Shown: in pieces, positions 19,620 to 34,785 of the stretch
How positions within the stretch are numbered: the first letter of the stretch is position 1
How the letters are laid out: each line of letters begins with the position of its first letter
Assembly (NCBI RefSeq): GCF_009914755.1
Contig: NC_060937.1
Source: the human T2T-CHM13v2.0 reference genome, Homo sapiens
Reading direction: 5' to 3' (one strand)
DNA: 64,000 bases
Program-made: the position numbers and the translations under genes
The notes under the pieces: model-generated
The model's input: only the letters and a program-made list of their open reading frames with translations
What the model was told of the DNA's origin: nothing
The model's database searches: none

Positions 19620-20083
19620 GCTGTGTGGGTGTCCTAGGGCTGCCAAAACAAACTGCCACAAGCTGGTGGCTTAAAACAACAGAAATGTATGAGCTCATAT
19701 TTCTGGAGGCTGCAAGTCTGAAATCCAGGTGTCTGCAGGGCTGATTTCTTCTGGAGCCTCTGCCTGAGAATCTGCTCCATGCCTCTCTCCCAGGTTCTGG
19801 TGGCGGCTGGCAATCCTTGGCTTGTGGCTACATCGTTCCAAGCTCTGCCTCCATCTTCATATAGCCTTTTTTTTTCCCCCTGTGTGTGTTTCTGTATCTC
19901 TGGGTCTCAATCTCCCACTCCTCTCTCTTATAAAGACACCAGTCATTGGATTTAAAGCCCATCCTAATCCAGTGTGACCTCATCTTAATTAATTATATCT
20001 GCAAAGGTGATATTTCCCAATAAGGTGACACTGAAAGTTCTGGATGAGCATGAATTTTGGGGGGAACACTATTCAATTCATTA
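19620..20083 (-). mobile_element. MLT1C-like MaLR LTR
   Basis: CCTAGGGCTGCC..AACAAA..CCACAA..TGGCTTAAAACAACAGAAAT..TCTGGAGGC..CACCAGTCATTGGATTTA. Confidence 0.8.
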
Positions 20084-21337
20084 CTTATCACTAAAATACA
20101 GCCTTTAGGTTTATAAACTGAAAAAAATAGCCTTTAAAAATAATCAGTACTAAATTTTAGTCTGTTCCTGCAGTTTATAGGAAGGTAAATACCATATGAA
20201 ATCAGGGTTGGCCTCTTAGCAAGTTAGAATTGGCTGAAAACAAAGTATAATAAAGAAGGCCAGAGTCCAGGGACTCTAAGGGACTAATCTGGCTTTTTTT
20301 TTTTTTCAAAGTAATAGTGAACATATATGAATATTTGAAAAGAAAACAAAAAGATATTTTCACAAAACTTTCAGTAATGATGACTTTGGTCCTGTCCTTA
20401 GTGAATGGCCTTGACTCTGGCCAGGTCGTTCAGTAGATCTGTGCCTGGGGTCTCCAGTATACAGTCAGGGTAAATTGTTCCAATCCTTTACCAGTGACTT
20501 TTTAAAAGGGAACATGTTTGTGCTCCATGAAACAAAAATGTGAAATAAATTCAACGTCTACAAATAATAATCATCAAACCTGAATTCTTATACTGGCACA
20601 TCTCTTCCCCAAACTCACCCCTTGGGCACTTCTCTCTACAATGCCTTCCAAGGCCAGGTCACCAAACTCCAGGCAGAAGTCTCTGGAGAGAAGATCACCA
20701 AGGACAGCATGGGTTACTGCTTCTTTTTCCTGTCCAGTTTGCTGTGGACAGCCATGCTCCCCTAATGGCATTGTCTGAACATGTTTTTATACGGCTGTGC
20801 GCCCCTCAGAATAATGTCCTTCTGGGGAGGTTATTTCACCCCCAACGCCTGACCTTGTCAAAGGCCTGCCCCTCAGCCCTCGTACGCTAATGCTGCCCAC
20901 CTGATGATACCCAAGTATGCTCCTGCCCCCTTCCCATTTGCTGATGTGGCATATAGAGCTTTAGCTGGATCACACATGAAATCAAATTGCCTGCAGGACA
21001 GCTTCATGTACAGTCCACAGTATGTTGAGAGAGAGGCATCCCACCAAAGCCTCCAGCGCAGCACCCGTGGAGACCAGCAGTACAGATATCCTTCATTGCC
21101 CTTCTCCCCCTAGGCTACCACCCCCAGGACCTGTGCTCATATTTTGGCACGTTAATACTAAGCCCGGAGATACTGAAAGCATTTATTTTTTTGCATACCT
21201 TTTCATTAAAGTTCAGTCTTTTTTGCCTTTCTTTTTGGTTTCCCACTTTTTCATTTAAATGGTAGCATATTAAATACACTATTGTACACCCTGCTTTTTA
21301 TATAACTGTATTGATGTATATTTTGCATATCATATAA

Positions 21338-22050
<713 letters not shown>

Positions 22051-23062
22051 TGATTTGTTTTTTGTTCTTAGTGAATTTACCAGGTTGTGCAACCACACAC
22101 CATAAATCAGCTTTTGATCATTTTCATCCCTCAGTAAGATCCCTCGTGCCCATTTACAGTTACCAGCCCCCTCCTCACCCAACCCCAGGCAACCTCCTTT
22201 GCTCCTGATGAGCAACTGTGATAAAGTAGTTCTTGGTGTTGTCATTACAGTCTAAACAGATTTGGCCAGTTTCCCTCCCATCCTAGGAACCAGGCTTTTT
22301 CACCGTGGCTGTCTTTCTGGTCTGAGCCAGAGGGCAGTCTCAATGGTGACGCCAAAGGCTGGGGGAGGAAGGAAGGAAGCTGTGGCTGGCACACCTCCAT
22401 GTGCTTGAATCCACAGGCCCCTCTGCCCCAAACCAAACCACACTGTCTGCCTCCTATGCCAGCTCTGCTGAGAACAACTTTTTAAAAAACTTTAAAACAA
22501 AATTTTCAAGAAAAATGACTAAATGTCTCAGTCTTAAATTTTCTCTAATTTTAAAAAAATTGGTGTATTTTTTTTTAAAAATCCTGGATTATAATGACCA
22601 AAAATTTTTCCTAAGTGAAAAACACCAAGTTGAGGTAAAATGACACATTACCATGCTCAGGTACACAAGGTTATGCCTGTCACTGACCATTTGGAGTTTT
22701 GGTTTTGTTTATTAAGGAAAAGTCAAAGCAAACACAGGAATCGAGAACCACTGAACTCGAATGAGGCCTCCATCAAGGCCTTTTTGAAGAGCAGTGGTCA
22801 ATCACAGAATTAAAAGAAAGGCAATCAGGTCAAGTTGTAATGCAGTTTGACTTAAAATGCATGTGCACAAAACAGCTATTTCTGCCTTCACCTTCCCCTT
22901 TGCTCTGTGAGAACAGGAACATATAAGGTCGTCTATTAATATTTTTTTAAAGAATGAATAAACAAATGAAGGCCTAATATGTCCTAAGCATTATGTAGCC
23001 TTGATGTCAAGAAATCCAAATAGAATGGAGAAGTGGACCCATAAACAAATAATTTCTATATG

Positions 23063-23662
23063 CAGTAGTCCTCCCTTATCCATGGGGAATACATTCCAAA
23101 ACCCCCAGTGGATGCCTGAAACCACAGATACTACCAAACTCTGTCTATACGATGCACAAATTTATTTTTCCTTCTTCACAATATCACAGATAGAAGTTTC
23201 ATTCTTACTGTAGATTTTAGAAACCTTAGCATATGAGTTTTTTCCCTTAGTAGTCTGAGAACTTTTACCTTTTTACTTAACATAAGCACTTGACAGCATA
23301 TCCAAATTGCCAGCATCACCACTCTTTCACTGTGGGACCATCATTAAGTAAATTAAGGGTGACGTGGACACAAACACTGTGATACTGTGACAGTCGATCT
23401 GATAACAGAGAGGGCAAATAAAGTGACTCAGGGGCAGGGAGTGTCAACAGTGTGGATCTGCTGGACAAAGTGAGGATTTCCATCCTGGGCAGGACGGAGA
23501 AGGATGGTGCAAGATTTCATCATGCGGCTCAGAGTGGTGGAAAATTTAAGACTTATGTTAATAAATTGTTTATTTTTAGAATTTCCCATATATTTTCCAA
23601 CCACAGTTGACCACTTATAACAAAATCACTGAAAGCTAAACTGTGGATAAGGGGGACTACTG
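23063..23662 (-). mobile_element. MER44-family (Tigger7-derived) non-autonomous DNA transposon
   Basis: Terminal inverted repeats CAGTAGTCCTCCCTTATCCA / TGGATAAGGGGGACTACTG followed by TA. Confidence 0.85.
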
Positions 23663-24049
23663 TAGTATGATAATCAACAGAAGTAATGTCAAGGTATCAT
23701 AATAGCTCACCATGAGCAGTGGTTAATTTGGGTTGAGGAAGAGGGCAATGATGAGGGAAACTTTGCATATGCAAAATATGAGCTATTTAGGAGAAATAGG
23801 CATTCTCCAGGAAAGCAAAGACAAAGAAGGTCATTCCAGGCAGACGAAATAGCCTATGCAGAGGGAAGAAATAGTTTAGTCTAGCCAGAGCATAAAACGT
23901 AGATAAGTTTCCCCCTGTAGCCATGAGGCACAGGGTAAGCCTGAAAGAATGAAGTCCTGGGTGAGGTCAGATGTGAGAAGCAAGAAACAGTTTGACGGCT
24001 GTATTAGTCAGGGCTCTTTAGAAAAGTAGAGCCAATAGTATATAGCTAT

Positions 24050-24376
24050 ACAATACTACATTGCTTAATGATGGGGATACATTCTAAGATGCTTTGTTAG
24101 GCACTTTTGTCATTGTGTGAACATCACAGAGTGTACCCACAGAAACCTGGATGGTATAGCCTACTACACACCCAAGTTATCTGGTATAACCTATTGCTCC
24201 TAGGCTACAAACATGTTACTGTACTGAATACCATACACATTGGTAACACAATAGTAAGTAATCGTGTATCTAAACATAGAAAAGTTACAGTGAAAATGCA
24301 GTATTATAATCTTATGGGACCATTGTTGAACATGCTGTTTGTTAACTGAAATGTATTATGTGGCACAGTGACTGCA
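24050..24376. mobile_element. Tigger3a/MER7-like MITE
   Basis: TTAATGATGGGGATACATTCT..GATGGTATAGCCTACTACACACC..GTGACTG, in a TA-rich site. Confidence 0.8.
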
Positions 24377-24407
24377 TATATATTCATATAGAGAGAGACA
24401 AAGAGAT

Positions 24408-24807
24408 CGTATCAGGCTGTTCTTGAATTGCTACAAAGAAACACCTGAGGCTGGATAATTTACAAAGAAAAGAGACTTAATTTGTTCATGGCTCTGCAGG
24501 CTCCAACATTTGCTTCTGGTGAAGCCCCAGGAAGTTTCCAATCATGGCAGAAGGTAAAGAGGGAGCTGGCATGTCACATGGTGAGAGCCGAAGCAAGATA
24601 CAGAGGGAGGAGGTGTCACACATTTTTAAACAACCAGATCTTACATGAATCAGAGCAAGTACTTACTCATCACCAGGGGGACGGTGCTAAACCTTTCATG
24701 AGGGACCCACCCTTATAATCCAATCACCTCCCACCAAGCCCCACTCCAACACTCGGTATCACATTTCAGCATGAGATTTGGAGGGGACAAATATTCAAAC
24801 AATATCA
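24408..24807 (-). mobile_element. MST-family MaLR solo LTR
   Basis: TTGCTACAAAGAAACACCTGAGGCTGG..CATGAGATTTGGAGGGGACAAA. 5-bp TSD GAGAT on both sides. Confidence 0.85.
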
Positions 24808-26360
24808 GAGATTGATTATAGGAATTGGCTCATGTGATTATGAAGGCCAAGTCCCACAATCTTCCATCTGCAAGCTGGAGAACCAAGAAAGCTGGTATAG
24901 TGATTCAACATCAGTTCAAAGGCCTGAGAACCAGGGAAAGCTGATGATGTAAGCCTCAGTCTGAGGCTGAAGTCCCAAGAACGAGTAGCACCAATGTCTG
25001 AGGCAGGAAAAGATGGATGTCTCAGCTAAAAAAGGAAGAAGATTTGCCCTGCCTCTACTTTTTTGTTTTATTCAGACCCTCGACCAGTTGGATGATGCCT
25101 GCCCCTATTGGGGAGGATGGATCTTCTTTGTTCAGCTGCTGATTCAAATGCTAATCTCTTCCAGAAACGCCCTCACAGACACGTCCAGAAATAAGGTTTT
25201 ACCAGCTACCTGGGCATCCCTTAGCCCGGTCAAGCTGACACATAACACTGACTATCACAATGTTCAAGTTCAAGGGAGTTGGGAGAAGAAAGAACTGGGC
25301 ATAAAGCAAAGGGTCTTCAACAGAGGACAGAACAGACAGTGTGAGCAATGGTGTAGAATAATGAAGCAATTTTTTTGTACTAATTCATTTGCAGCTGAAA
25401 GCTGAGAATGTAGGGAAGTGGCAGTTGTAGAAGCCATTGTTTTGATGGACTAGGTGGCATATGGAATTGTTGTATGTGAATTTGAGGATAGGGAGACAGG
25501 TGTACCAGATAAAAGTAAAGCAAGGCAAATACTCTTCAAATACTCAGTTTGTCAATATTTTGTGGATAGGGTTAGTGAATGGGTAAATGTGGACTTGAAG
25601 AAATTTTAACAATATCCCTAAAACCAGTAGAAAACCAAAATACTTGAATTATAAGTCAGGTATAAGGACAATTAGGGTGGGCTGAGTCAGGATAAATTAG
25701 CATCATGTGAGATCTGCAAACAGTTGCCTTTGTGGTTAAGACATACTCCCCTCCATCGGCATCCACCATTGCTGAGGCTTGGGTAGCTCACCGTGTAAAC
25801 AAAGAGGCAGGGAAGCACTAACTGGGCAGAGCCCACTGGAGCTCAGCAAGGCCTACTGCCTCTATATATTCCACCTCTGGGGGCAGGGCATAGTAGAATA
25901 AAAGGCAGCAGACAGCTTCTGCAGACTTAAATGTCCCTGTCTGACAGCTCTGAAGAGAGCAGTGGTTCTCTCAGCATGGCGTTCGAGCTCCAAGAACAGA
26001 CAGACTGCCTCCTCAAGCAGGTCTCTGACCCCCAAGTACCCTGACTAGGAAACACCTCCCAGTAGGGGCCAACAGACACCTCAAACAGGTGGGTGCCCCT
26101 CTGGGATGAAGCTTCCAGAGGAAGGATCAGGCAGCAATATTTGCTATTCTGCAGCCTCCACTGGTGATACCCAGGCAAACAGGGTCTGGAGTGGACCTCC
26201 AGCAAACTCCAACAGACCTGCAGCTGAGGGGTCTGACTGTCAGAAGGAAAACTAACAAACAGAAAGGAATAGCATCAACATCAACAAAAAGGACATCCGC
26301 ACCAAAAGCCCATCTGTAGGTCACCAACATCAAAGACCAAAGGTAGATAAAACCACAAAG

Positions 26361-27368
26361 ATGGGAAGAAACCAGAGCAGAAAAGCTGAAAATTCCAAAA
26401 AACAGAGCACCTCTTCTCCTCCAGAGGATCACAGCTCCTTGCCAGCAAGGGAACGAAACTGGATGGAGAATGAGTTTGATGAGTTGACAGAAGTAGGCTT
26501 CAGAAGATCAGTAGTAACAAACTTCTCTGAGCTAAAGGAGCATGTGCTAACCCATCGCAAGGAAGCTAAAAACCTTGAAAAAGGGTTAGATGAATGGTTA
26601 ACTAGAATAAAGGGTGTAGAGAAGACCTTAAATGACCTGATGGAGCCAAAAACCATGGCACAAGAACTTCATGACACATGCACAAGCTTCAAAAGCCGAT
26701 TTGATCAAGAGGGAGAAAGAGTATCAGTGATTGAAGATCAAATTAAAGAAATGAAGCAAGAAGAGAAGTTTAGAGAAAAAAGAGTGAAAAGAAATGAACA
26801 AAGAGTCCAAGAAATATGGGGCTACTGAAAAGACCAAATCTACATTTGATTGGTGTACCGGAAAGTGACAGGGAAAATGGAACCAAGGTAGAAAACATTC
26901 TGCAGGATATTATCCAGGAAAACTTCCCCAAGCTAGCAAGGCAGGCCAGCATTCAAATTCAGGAAATACAGAGAACGCCACAAAGATAATCCTCGAGAAG
27001 AGCAACCCAAAGACACATAATTGTCAGATTCACCAAGGTTGAAATGAAGGAAAAAATGTTAAGGGCAGCCAGAGAGAAAGGTCAAGTTACCCACAAAGGG
27101 AAGCCCATCAGACTAACAGCGGATCTCTCGGCAGACCCTACAGCCAGAAGAGAGTGGGGGCCAATATTTAACATTCTTAAAGAAAAGAATTTTCAACGCA
27201 GAATCTCATATCCAGCCAAACTAAGCTTCATAAATGAAGGAGAAATAAAATCCTTTACAGACAAGCAAATGCTGAGAGAGGCCTGCCCTACAAGAGCTCC
27301 TGGAGGAAGCACTAAACATGGAAAGGAAAAACCAGTACCAGCCACTGCAAAAACATGCCAAATTGTAA
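26361..27368 (+). pseudogene. Disrupted L1 ORF1p
   Basis: MGRNQSRKAENSK... stops at 26828. The later piece MKEKMLRAAREKG.. is at 27044. Confidence 0.95.
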
Positions 27369-27428
27369 AGACCATCGATGCTATGAAGAAACTGCATCAA
27401 CTAACAGGCAAAATAACCAGCTAACATA

Positions 27429-30400
27429 ATGACAGGATCAAATTCAAACATAACAATATTAACCTTAAATGTAAATGAGCTAAATGCCCAATTTAAAAGA
27501 CACAGACTGGCAAATTGGATAAAGAGTCAAGACCCATCAGTGTGCTGTATTCAGGAGACCCATCTCATGTGCAAAGATGCACATAGGCTCAAAATAAAGG
27601 TATGAAGAAAGATCTACCAAGCAAATGGAAACCAAAAAAGAGCAGGGGTTGCAATCCTAGTCTCTGATAAAACAGACTTTAAACCAACAAAGATCAAAAG
27701 AGACAAAGAAGGCCATTACATAATGGTAAAGGGATCAATTCAACAAGAAGAGCTAACTATCCTAATTATATATGCACCCAATACAGGAGCACCCAGATTC
27801 ATAAAGCAAGTCCTTAGAGATCTACAAAGAGACTTAGACTCCCACACAATAATAATGGGAGACTTTAACACCCCACTGTCAACATTTGACAGATCAACGT
27901 GACAGAAGGTTAACAAGGATATCCAGGAATTGAACTCAGCTCTGCACCAAGCAGACCTAATAGACATCTACAGAATTCTCTACCCCAAATCAACAGAATA
28001 TACATTCTTCTCAGCACACCACACCTATTCCAAAATTGACCACATAGTTGGAAGTAAAGCACTCCTCAGCAAATGTAAAAGAACAGAAATCACAACAAAC
28101 TGTCTTTCAGACCACAGTGCAAGCAAATTAGAACTCAGGATTAAGAAACTCACTCAAAACCGCTCAACTACATGGAAACTGAACAACCTGCTCCTGAATG
28201 ACTACTGAGTAAATAATGAAATGAAGGCAGAAATAAAGATGTTCTTTGAAACCAATGAGAACAAAGACACAATGTACCAGAATCTCTGGGACACATTTAA
28301 AGCAGTGTGTAGAGGGAAATTTATAGCACTAAATGCCACAAGAGAAAGCAGGAAAGATCTAAAATCAACATCCTAACATCACAGTTAAAAGAACTAGGGA
28401 AGCAAGAACAAACAAATTCAAAAGCTAGCAGAAGGCAAAAAATAACTAAGATCAGAACAAAACTGAAGGAGATAGAGACACAATAAACCCTGCAAAAAAT
28501 CAATGAATCCAGGAGCTGGTTTTTTGAAAAGATCAACAAAATTGATAGACAACTAGCAAGACCAATAAAGAAGAAAAGAGAGAAGAATCAAATAGATGCA
28601 ACAAAAAATGATAAAGGGGATATCACCACTGATCCCACAGAAATACAAACTACCATCAGAGAATACTATCAACACTTCTATGCAAATATACTAGAAAATC
28701 TAGAAGAAATGGATAAATTCCTGGACACATACACTCTCCCAAGACTAAACCAGGAAGAAGTTGAATCTCTGTATAGACCAATAACAGGTTCTGAAATTGA
28801 GGCAATAATTAATAGGCTACCAACCAAAAAAAGTCCAGGACCAGATGGATTCACAGCTGAATTCTACCAGAGGTACAAAGAGGAGCTGGTACCATTCCTT
28901 CTGAAACTATTTCAGACAACAGAAAAAGAGGGACTCCTCCCTAACTCATTTTATGAGGCCAGCATCATCCTGACACCAAAACCTGGTAGAGACACAACAA
29001 AAAAAAGAGAATTTTATGCCAATATCCCTGATGAACATTGATGCGAAAGTCCTCAATAAAATACTGGCAAAAGCTTATCCACCACATCAAAAGCTTATCC
29101 ACCACGGTCAACTTGGCTTCATCCCTGGGATGCAAGGCTGGTTCAACATATGCAAATCAATAAATGTAGTTCATCACATAAACAGAACCAATGACAAAAA
29201 CCACATGATTATCTCAATAGATGCAGAAAAGGCCTTCGACAATATTCAACACCACTTCATGCTAAAAACTCTGAGTAAACTAGGTATCGATGGAACATAT
29301 CTGAAAATAATAAGAGCTATTTATGACAAACCCACAGCCAATATCATAGTGAATGGGCAAAAACTGGAAGCATTCCCTTTGAAAACTGGCACAAGACAAG
29401 GATGCCCTCTCTCACCACTCCTATTCAACATAGTGTTGGAAGTTCTGGCTAGGGCAATCAGGCAAGAGAAAGAAATAAACGGTATTCAATTAGGAAAAGA
29501 GGAAGTCAAATTGTCTCTGTGTGCAGATGACATGATTGTATATTTAGAAAACCCCATCGTCTCAGCCCAAAATCTCCTTAAGCTGATAAGCAACTTCAGC
29601 AAAGTCTCAGGATACAAAATCAATGTGCAAAAATCACAAGCATTCCTATACATCAATAATAGACAAACAGAGAGCCAAATCATGAGTGAACTCCCATTCC
29701 CAATTACCACAAAGAGAATTAAATACCTAGGAATCCAACTTACAAGGGATGTGAAAGACCTCTTCAAGGAGAACTACAAACCACTGCTCAACTGAAATAA
29801 AAGAGGACACAAACAAATGGAAAAACATTCCATGCTCATGGATAGGAAGAATCAATATTGTGAAAATGGTCATACTGCCCAAAGTAATTTATAGATTCAA
29901 TGCTATCCCCATCAAGCTACCACTGACTTTCTTCACAGAATTGGAAAAAACTATTTTAAAGTTCATATGGAACCAAAAAAGAACCCAGATTGCCAAGACA
30001 ATCCTAAGCAAAAAGAACAAAGCTGGAGGCATCACACTACCTGACTTCAAACTATACTACAAGGCTACAGTAAACAAAACAGCATGGTACTGGTACCAAA
30101 ACAGATATATAGACCAATGGAACAGAATGGAGGCCTCAGAAATAACACCACACATCTACAACCATCTGATCTTTGACAAACCTGACAAAAACAGGCAATG
30201 GGGAAAGGATTCTCTATTTAATAAATGGTGCTGGGAAAACTGGCTAGCCATATGTAGAAAGCTGAAACTGGACCCCTTCCTTACACCTTATACAAAAATT
30301 AACACAAGATGGATTAAAGACTTAAACGTCAGACCTAATACCATAAAAACCCTAGAAGAAAACCTAGGCAATACCATTCAGGACATAGGCATGGGCAAAG

Positions 30401-31245
30401 TCTTCATGACTAAAACACCAAAAGCAATGGCAACAAAAGTCAAAATTGACAAATGGGATCTAATTAAACTAAAGAGCTTCTGCACAGCAAAAGAAACTAT
30501 CATCAGAGTGAACAGGCAACCTACAGAATGGGAGAAAATCTTTGCAACCTACCCATCTGACAAAGGGCTAATATCCAGAATCTACAAAGAACTCAAACAA
30601 ATTACAAGAAAAAAAAAACAACCCCATCAAAAAGTGGGCAAAGGATATGAGCAGACACTTCTCAAAAGAAGACATTTATGCAGCCAACAGACATGAAAAA
30701 GTGGTCATCATCACTGGTCTTCAGGGAAATGCAAATCAAAACCACAATGAGATACCATCTCATGCCAGTTAGAATGGTGATCATTAAAAAGTCAGGAAAC
30801 AACACATGCTGAGAGGATGTGGAGAAATAGGAATGCTTTTACACTGTTGGTGGGAGTGTAAACTAGTTCAACCATTGTGGAAGACAGTGTGGCGATTCCT
30901 CAAGGATCTAGAACCAGAAATACCATTAGACCCAGCAATCCCATTACTGGGTATATACCCAAACAATTATAAATCATGCTACTATAAAGACACACGCACA
31001 CGTATGTTTATTGTGGCACTATTCACGATAGCAAAGACTTGGAACCAACCCAAATGCCCATCAGTGATAGAGTCAATAAAGAAAATGTGGCCCATATACA
31101 TCATGGAATACTATGCAGCCATAAAAAGGATGAGTTCATGTCCTTTGCAGGGACATGGATGAAGCTGGAAACCATCATTCTAAGCAAACTATCACAAGGA
31201 CAGAAAACCAAACACCACATGTTCTCACTCATAGGTGGGAGTTGA
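27429..31245 (+). pseudogene. Disrupted L1 ORF2p
   Basis: ATGACAGGATCA start, an early TGA near 27603, RT piece 29016..29795 (CADDM) and C-terminal pieces ending LIGGS. Confidence 0.95.
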
Positions 31246-32411
31246 ACAACGAGAACACATGGACACAGGGTGGGGAACATCACACACCAGGGCCTGTCAG
31301 GCAGGGGGCGCTGGGGGAGGGACAGCATTAAGAGAAATACCTAATGTAAATGACGAGTTGATGGGTGCAGCAAACCACCATGGCACATGTATACCTATGT
31401 AACAAACATGCACATTGTGCACAGGTACCCTAGAACTTAACGTATAATTAAAAAAATAAATTTTAAAACAAGACATACTCCCCTGCCTCTAGAAGAAGTC
31501 AACTGTAAGAATTGTAAGGGCAAAAAGAGTAGAAAGTCCTGCCTTCAATATCTGGTGCCTCTTGGGATGCACTGGAAAAATTCTAATTGACACTGAATAG
31601 GGAGAGAGCAGCGTCTACTCCCAAACTTGTGATGCTTTCTCTAGCACACACAGAATTCTTTTGGATAGATAGGATGTGGTAGATACACTCTTAAAGTGGG
31701 TTCTTGAAAACCCATTTCTCAGAATTTGCCAGGGTTCAATGCTACATAGACAGTGGTTAAGAACTTTCCAGACCAGAGGACCATGAGATGTGTGAATCAT
31801 CACTTTCCACTACCAAAGATCACACAAAATGCTGGGCATTAACCCACAAGTTCAGAGAATGCCGTTGTTGCAACTGGAGAATCCAGCTGACTTGAGTTAG
31901 GGTACAGAGACTGAGAACTGGGTGTGGGAGCATGGCCTTTAGCAGTGGGATATCAGAAAAAGGGAAACACAGTCTCTGGCTCAGGCAGTAGTGAACTTGG
32001 GGAGGAAGGTGCAGTCTGAGGTATCAAATTGCAAGGGCACAAGAATTAGATTACAATGGAAGTGAAGATCAGAAAGATTCCTGAGACTGTGGTATGCAGA
32101 GAGGGGAACTTACTGTGGAGTCCCGTGGTCTGGTCCAAGGACAATTTGAGAGCTGTTTAAGATGTTACTGATTGAAATTCCTCTCCCCTCACCCACTAAA
32201 AAACACTGCTGGAAGGTTTTCAGTTCTTTCAAAACTGTTCTGAGAGATCTCACTAGAAAGATATGGAGAATATCAGAAACCTTTAAATTTGTTTGGGGGA
32301 AAAATAATGCAAAGAAAATTGCATATTTCTATGAAATACAGTTCTAATTCTAGAGAGTAACTTCATTGTCAACGAATGTTTTGTGGTTTTTATAAACTTC
32401 CAAGTAAATAA

Positions 32412-32765
<354 letters not shown>

Positions 32766-34411
32766 TGAGCAATATCTATTTGAGTCCAGGTCTACATTTC
32801 TGGAGTAGGCAAACCCAAGCAAACAGTTCTGTTGCAGAATTCTTTTCTAAAAGTTTTTAAAGGGCTTTTTTTTTTGTTTTGTTGGCCTAAATATGCACTT
32901 ATTCATCTACATAATAACATAATAACTTGTAGACAAAATAATCACCTGGTGACTTTGTCTACAGGAAAACAAATCATGAATAGTTCTGTTTTCATGTTGA
33001 CACACTCCTGATAAAGGAAAGATATTGGGGACTAGAGTGAAGGCAGCTCAGTTGATACACTAATGTCTCATTCAAAGAAAACGGAAGCTGGAAAATGTGG
33101 ACTGTGACTTCATTACATGAATGAAGTATGGTAGTTTAGGGGGAAGAGGTGAGGATATTTGCCCTGTTTCTCATTGCTATAGCACACACTGGTTCTGGAA
33201 TCCTAGCAAAGCTCCCTGTAGGTCACCACGCCCTCTCCGACCCACAGGAAGTCACCACCTTTTCTTTGCATCATAAATTATTTAGCAAACTATTCACAAA
33301 AGCAAAAAATTATAAACTTCCATGAAAATTATTTTGAGCTCTGAATGATTATATCCAAATCAATATTATTTTATTGTACATGATATTCTTAAAAGGTAAA
33401 GCTCAGCTGAAGCTTCAACTAGTTGATTATTTGGCATTTTGAGAAGTCAGGGAATACCAGAGACAGCCTCTTGCTTTACACCACTAACCCTGAGACAGCC
33501 GCAGCCACTTCCTGGGTGAGGTTTCCTGAGGCCACTCCTTTAGGCCCATGACTGAAACATGATGTCCTACACCCTGGAAAGGGGGCATGGCCGCACTTTG
33601 GCACATCTGCCCAATTTGAATGCTCCCGAAATGTTAACAGCTGCAGCTGGGCCTGCCAAGGGGCTGCTTTAGTGACACAAAAAGCCATTCATTATAGTTC
33701 TCAATGCAATTTGTGATGTTTTAGTTCTTCTGTTGTTACTGTTATTCTTGAAGGTTGCTTCTTGTTTGGAGCACTGGTTAAAACAGGGATGTCTTTTCCT
33801 TAGACCAAAATTATTTTGTGCACACAGACAGTAGTATATAAGTACATTAAATATTCCTTTGGCACAAATGATCTTCCAGATGGAATGAAAACACCTGAGC
33901 TATTCAATACAAACCCACATTTTTCATGTGACATACCATGTCTTATATTTTAGTGTTGTATCCTTCAGACTTCAAGTCTTCATCCTGCTTTAAATGTGAA
34001 GATTTTTCTTTAATCCAATTTCTTAATGAAACAAGAAACTGTTAGGGAGATAAAAAGTTTAGCATTTTTAAATGTATGTTCCAGGGATATTGATTTATTC
34101 ACTTTGTACCCCTTGGTGATACAAATGAAAAAAAGAATATCAAGCTAACTTAGAAGTTAGCAGGGGTTTTCCCTCGTAGGATTCTGTGCAATTAATTAGG
34201 ACAACAGGGAAGCCTTTCATGAAAGTTGTATCTTTGGGCTTACCCTCATGTTCTTTCATCTTAAAATAATATGTTGGTTTCTAATCCCCCTCACCCCACA
34301 CACACAATGGTGTGGGTTAAAAGCCAATCAAAAAGCAAAGAGGCTTTCTAATATTCAGATTTTAATGTAACATGATGAATCATATTTCTAATTTCAAATT
34401 ATAGCTTTAAT

Positions 34412-34462
34412 TAAGAGGGGAAATGTCTTTATAAAAGTAAGAGGGGAAATGTCTTTATAAAA
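34412..34462. repeat. Perfect tandem duplication, 26-bp period
   Basis: TAAGAGGGGAAATGTCTTTATAAAA at 34412-34436 and 34438-34462. Confidence 0.95.
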
Positions 34463-34475
34463 ATTACCATCTTCA

Positions 34476-34785
34476 GGCCAGGCACGGTGGCCCATGCCTG
34501 TAATCCCAGCACTTTGGGAGGCCAACCGCGGGTGGATCACCAGAGGTCAGGAGTTCAAGACCAGCCTGGCCAACATGGCGAAACCCTGTCTCTACTAAAA
34601 ATACAAAAAAAGTAGCTGGGCGTGGTGGCTCACGCCTGTAGTCCTGGCTACTCGGGAGGCTGAGGCACGAGAAGGAGGCACGAGAATCACTTGAACCTGG
34701 GCTCAGAGGTTGCAGTGAGCTGAGACCATGCCACTGCACTTCAGCCTGGGCAACAGAGTGAGACTCCATCTCAAAAAAAAAAAAA
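34476..34785 (+). mobile_element. AluS with a 13-bp internal duplication
   Basis: Full dimer. GAGGCACGAGAA occurs twice near 34662-34686. Confidence 0.93.

Larger units (their letters stand above)
24000..25258. mobile_element. MLT2-family LTR hosting two nested insertions
   Basis: Starts TGTATTAGTCAGGG, resumes GATT..ATAGGAATTGGCTCATGTGATTATG at ~24810, ends ACTATCACA. Confidence 0.8.
25753..31469 (+). mobile_element. Near-full-length dead L1PA (L1PA5/6-like), missing the first part of the 5'UTR
   Basis: Perfect 15-bp TSD AAGACATACTCCCCT at 25738-25752 and 31470-31484, with endonuclease site TT/AAGA. ORF1, ORF2, 3'UTR and A tail present. Confidence 0.97.

Noticed and set aside
20560-21200. 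GC-richer unique stretch with overlapping short ORFs on both strands
   Set aside because: No recognisable protein similarity and no matched acceptor/donor pair.
29016-30696. 259-aa and 278-aa ORFs
   Set aside because: L1 ORF2p fragments of the second element, with upstream stops.
31610-32160. Possible ancient LTR remnant
   Set aside because: Too degenerate to assign termini or a family by eye.
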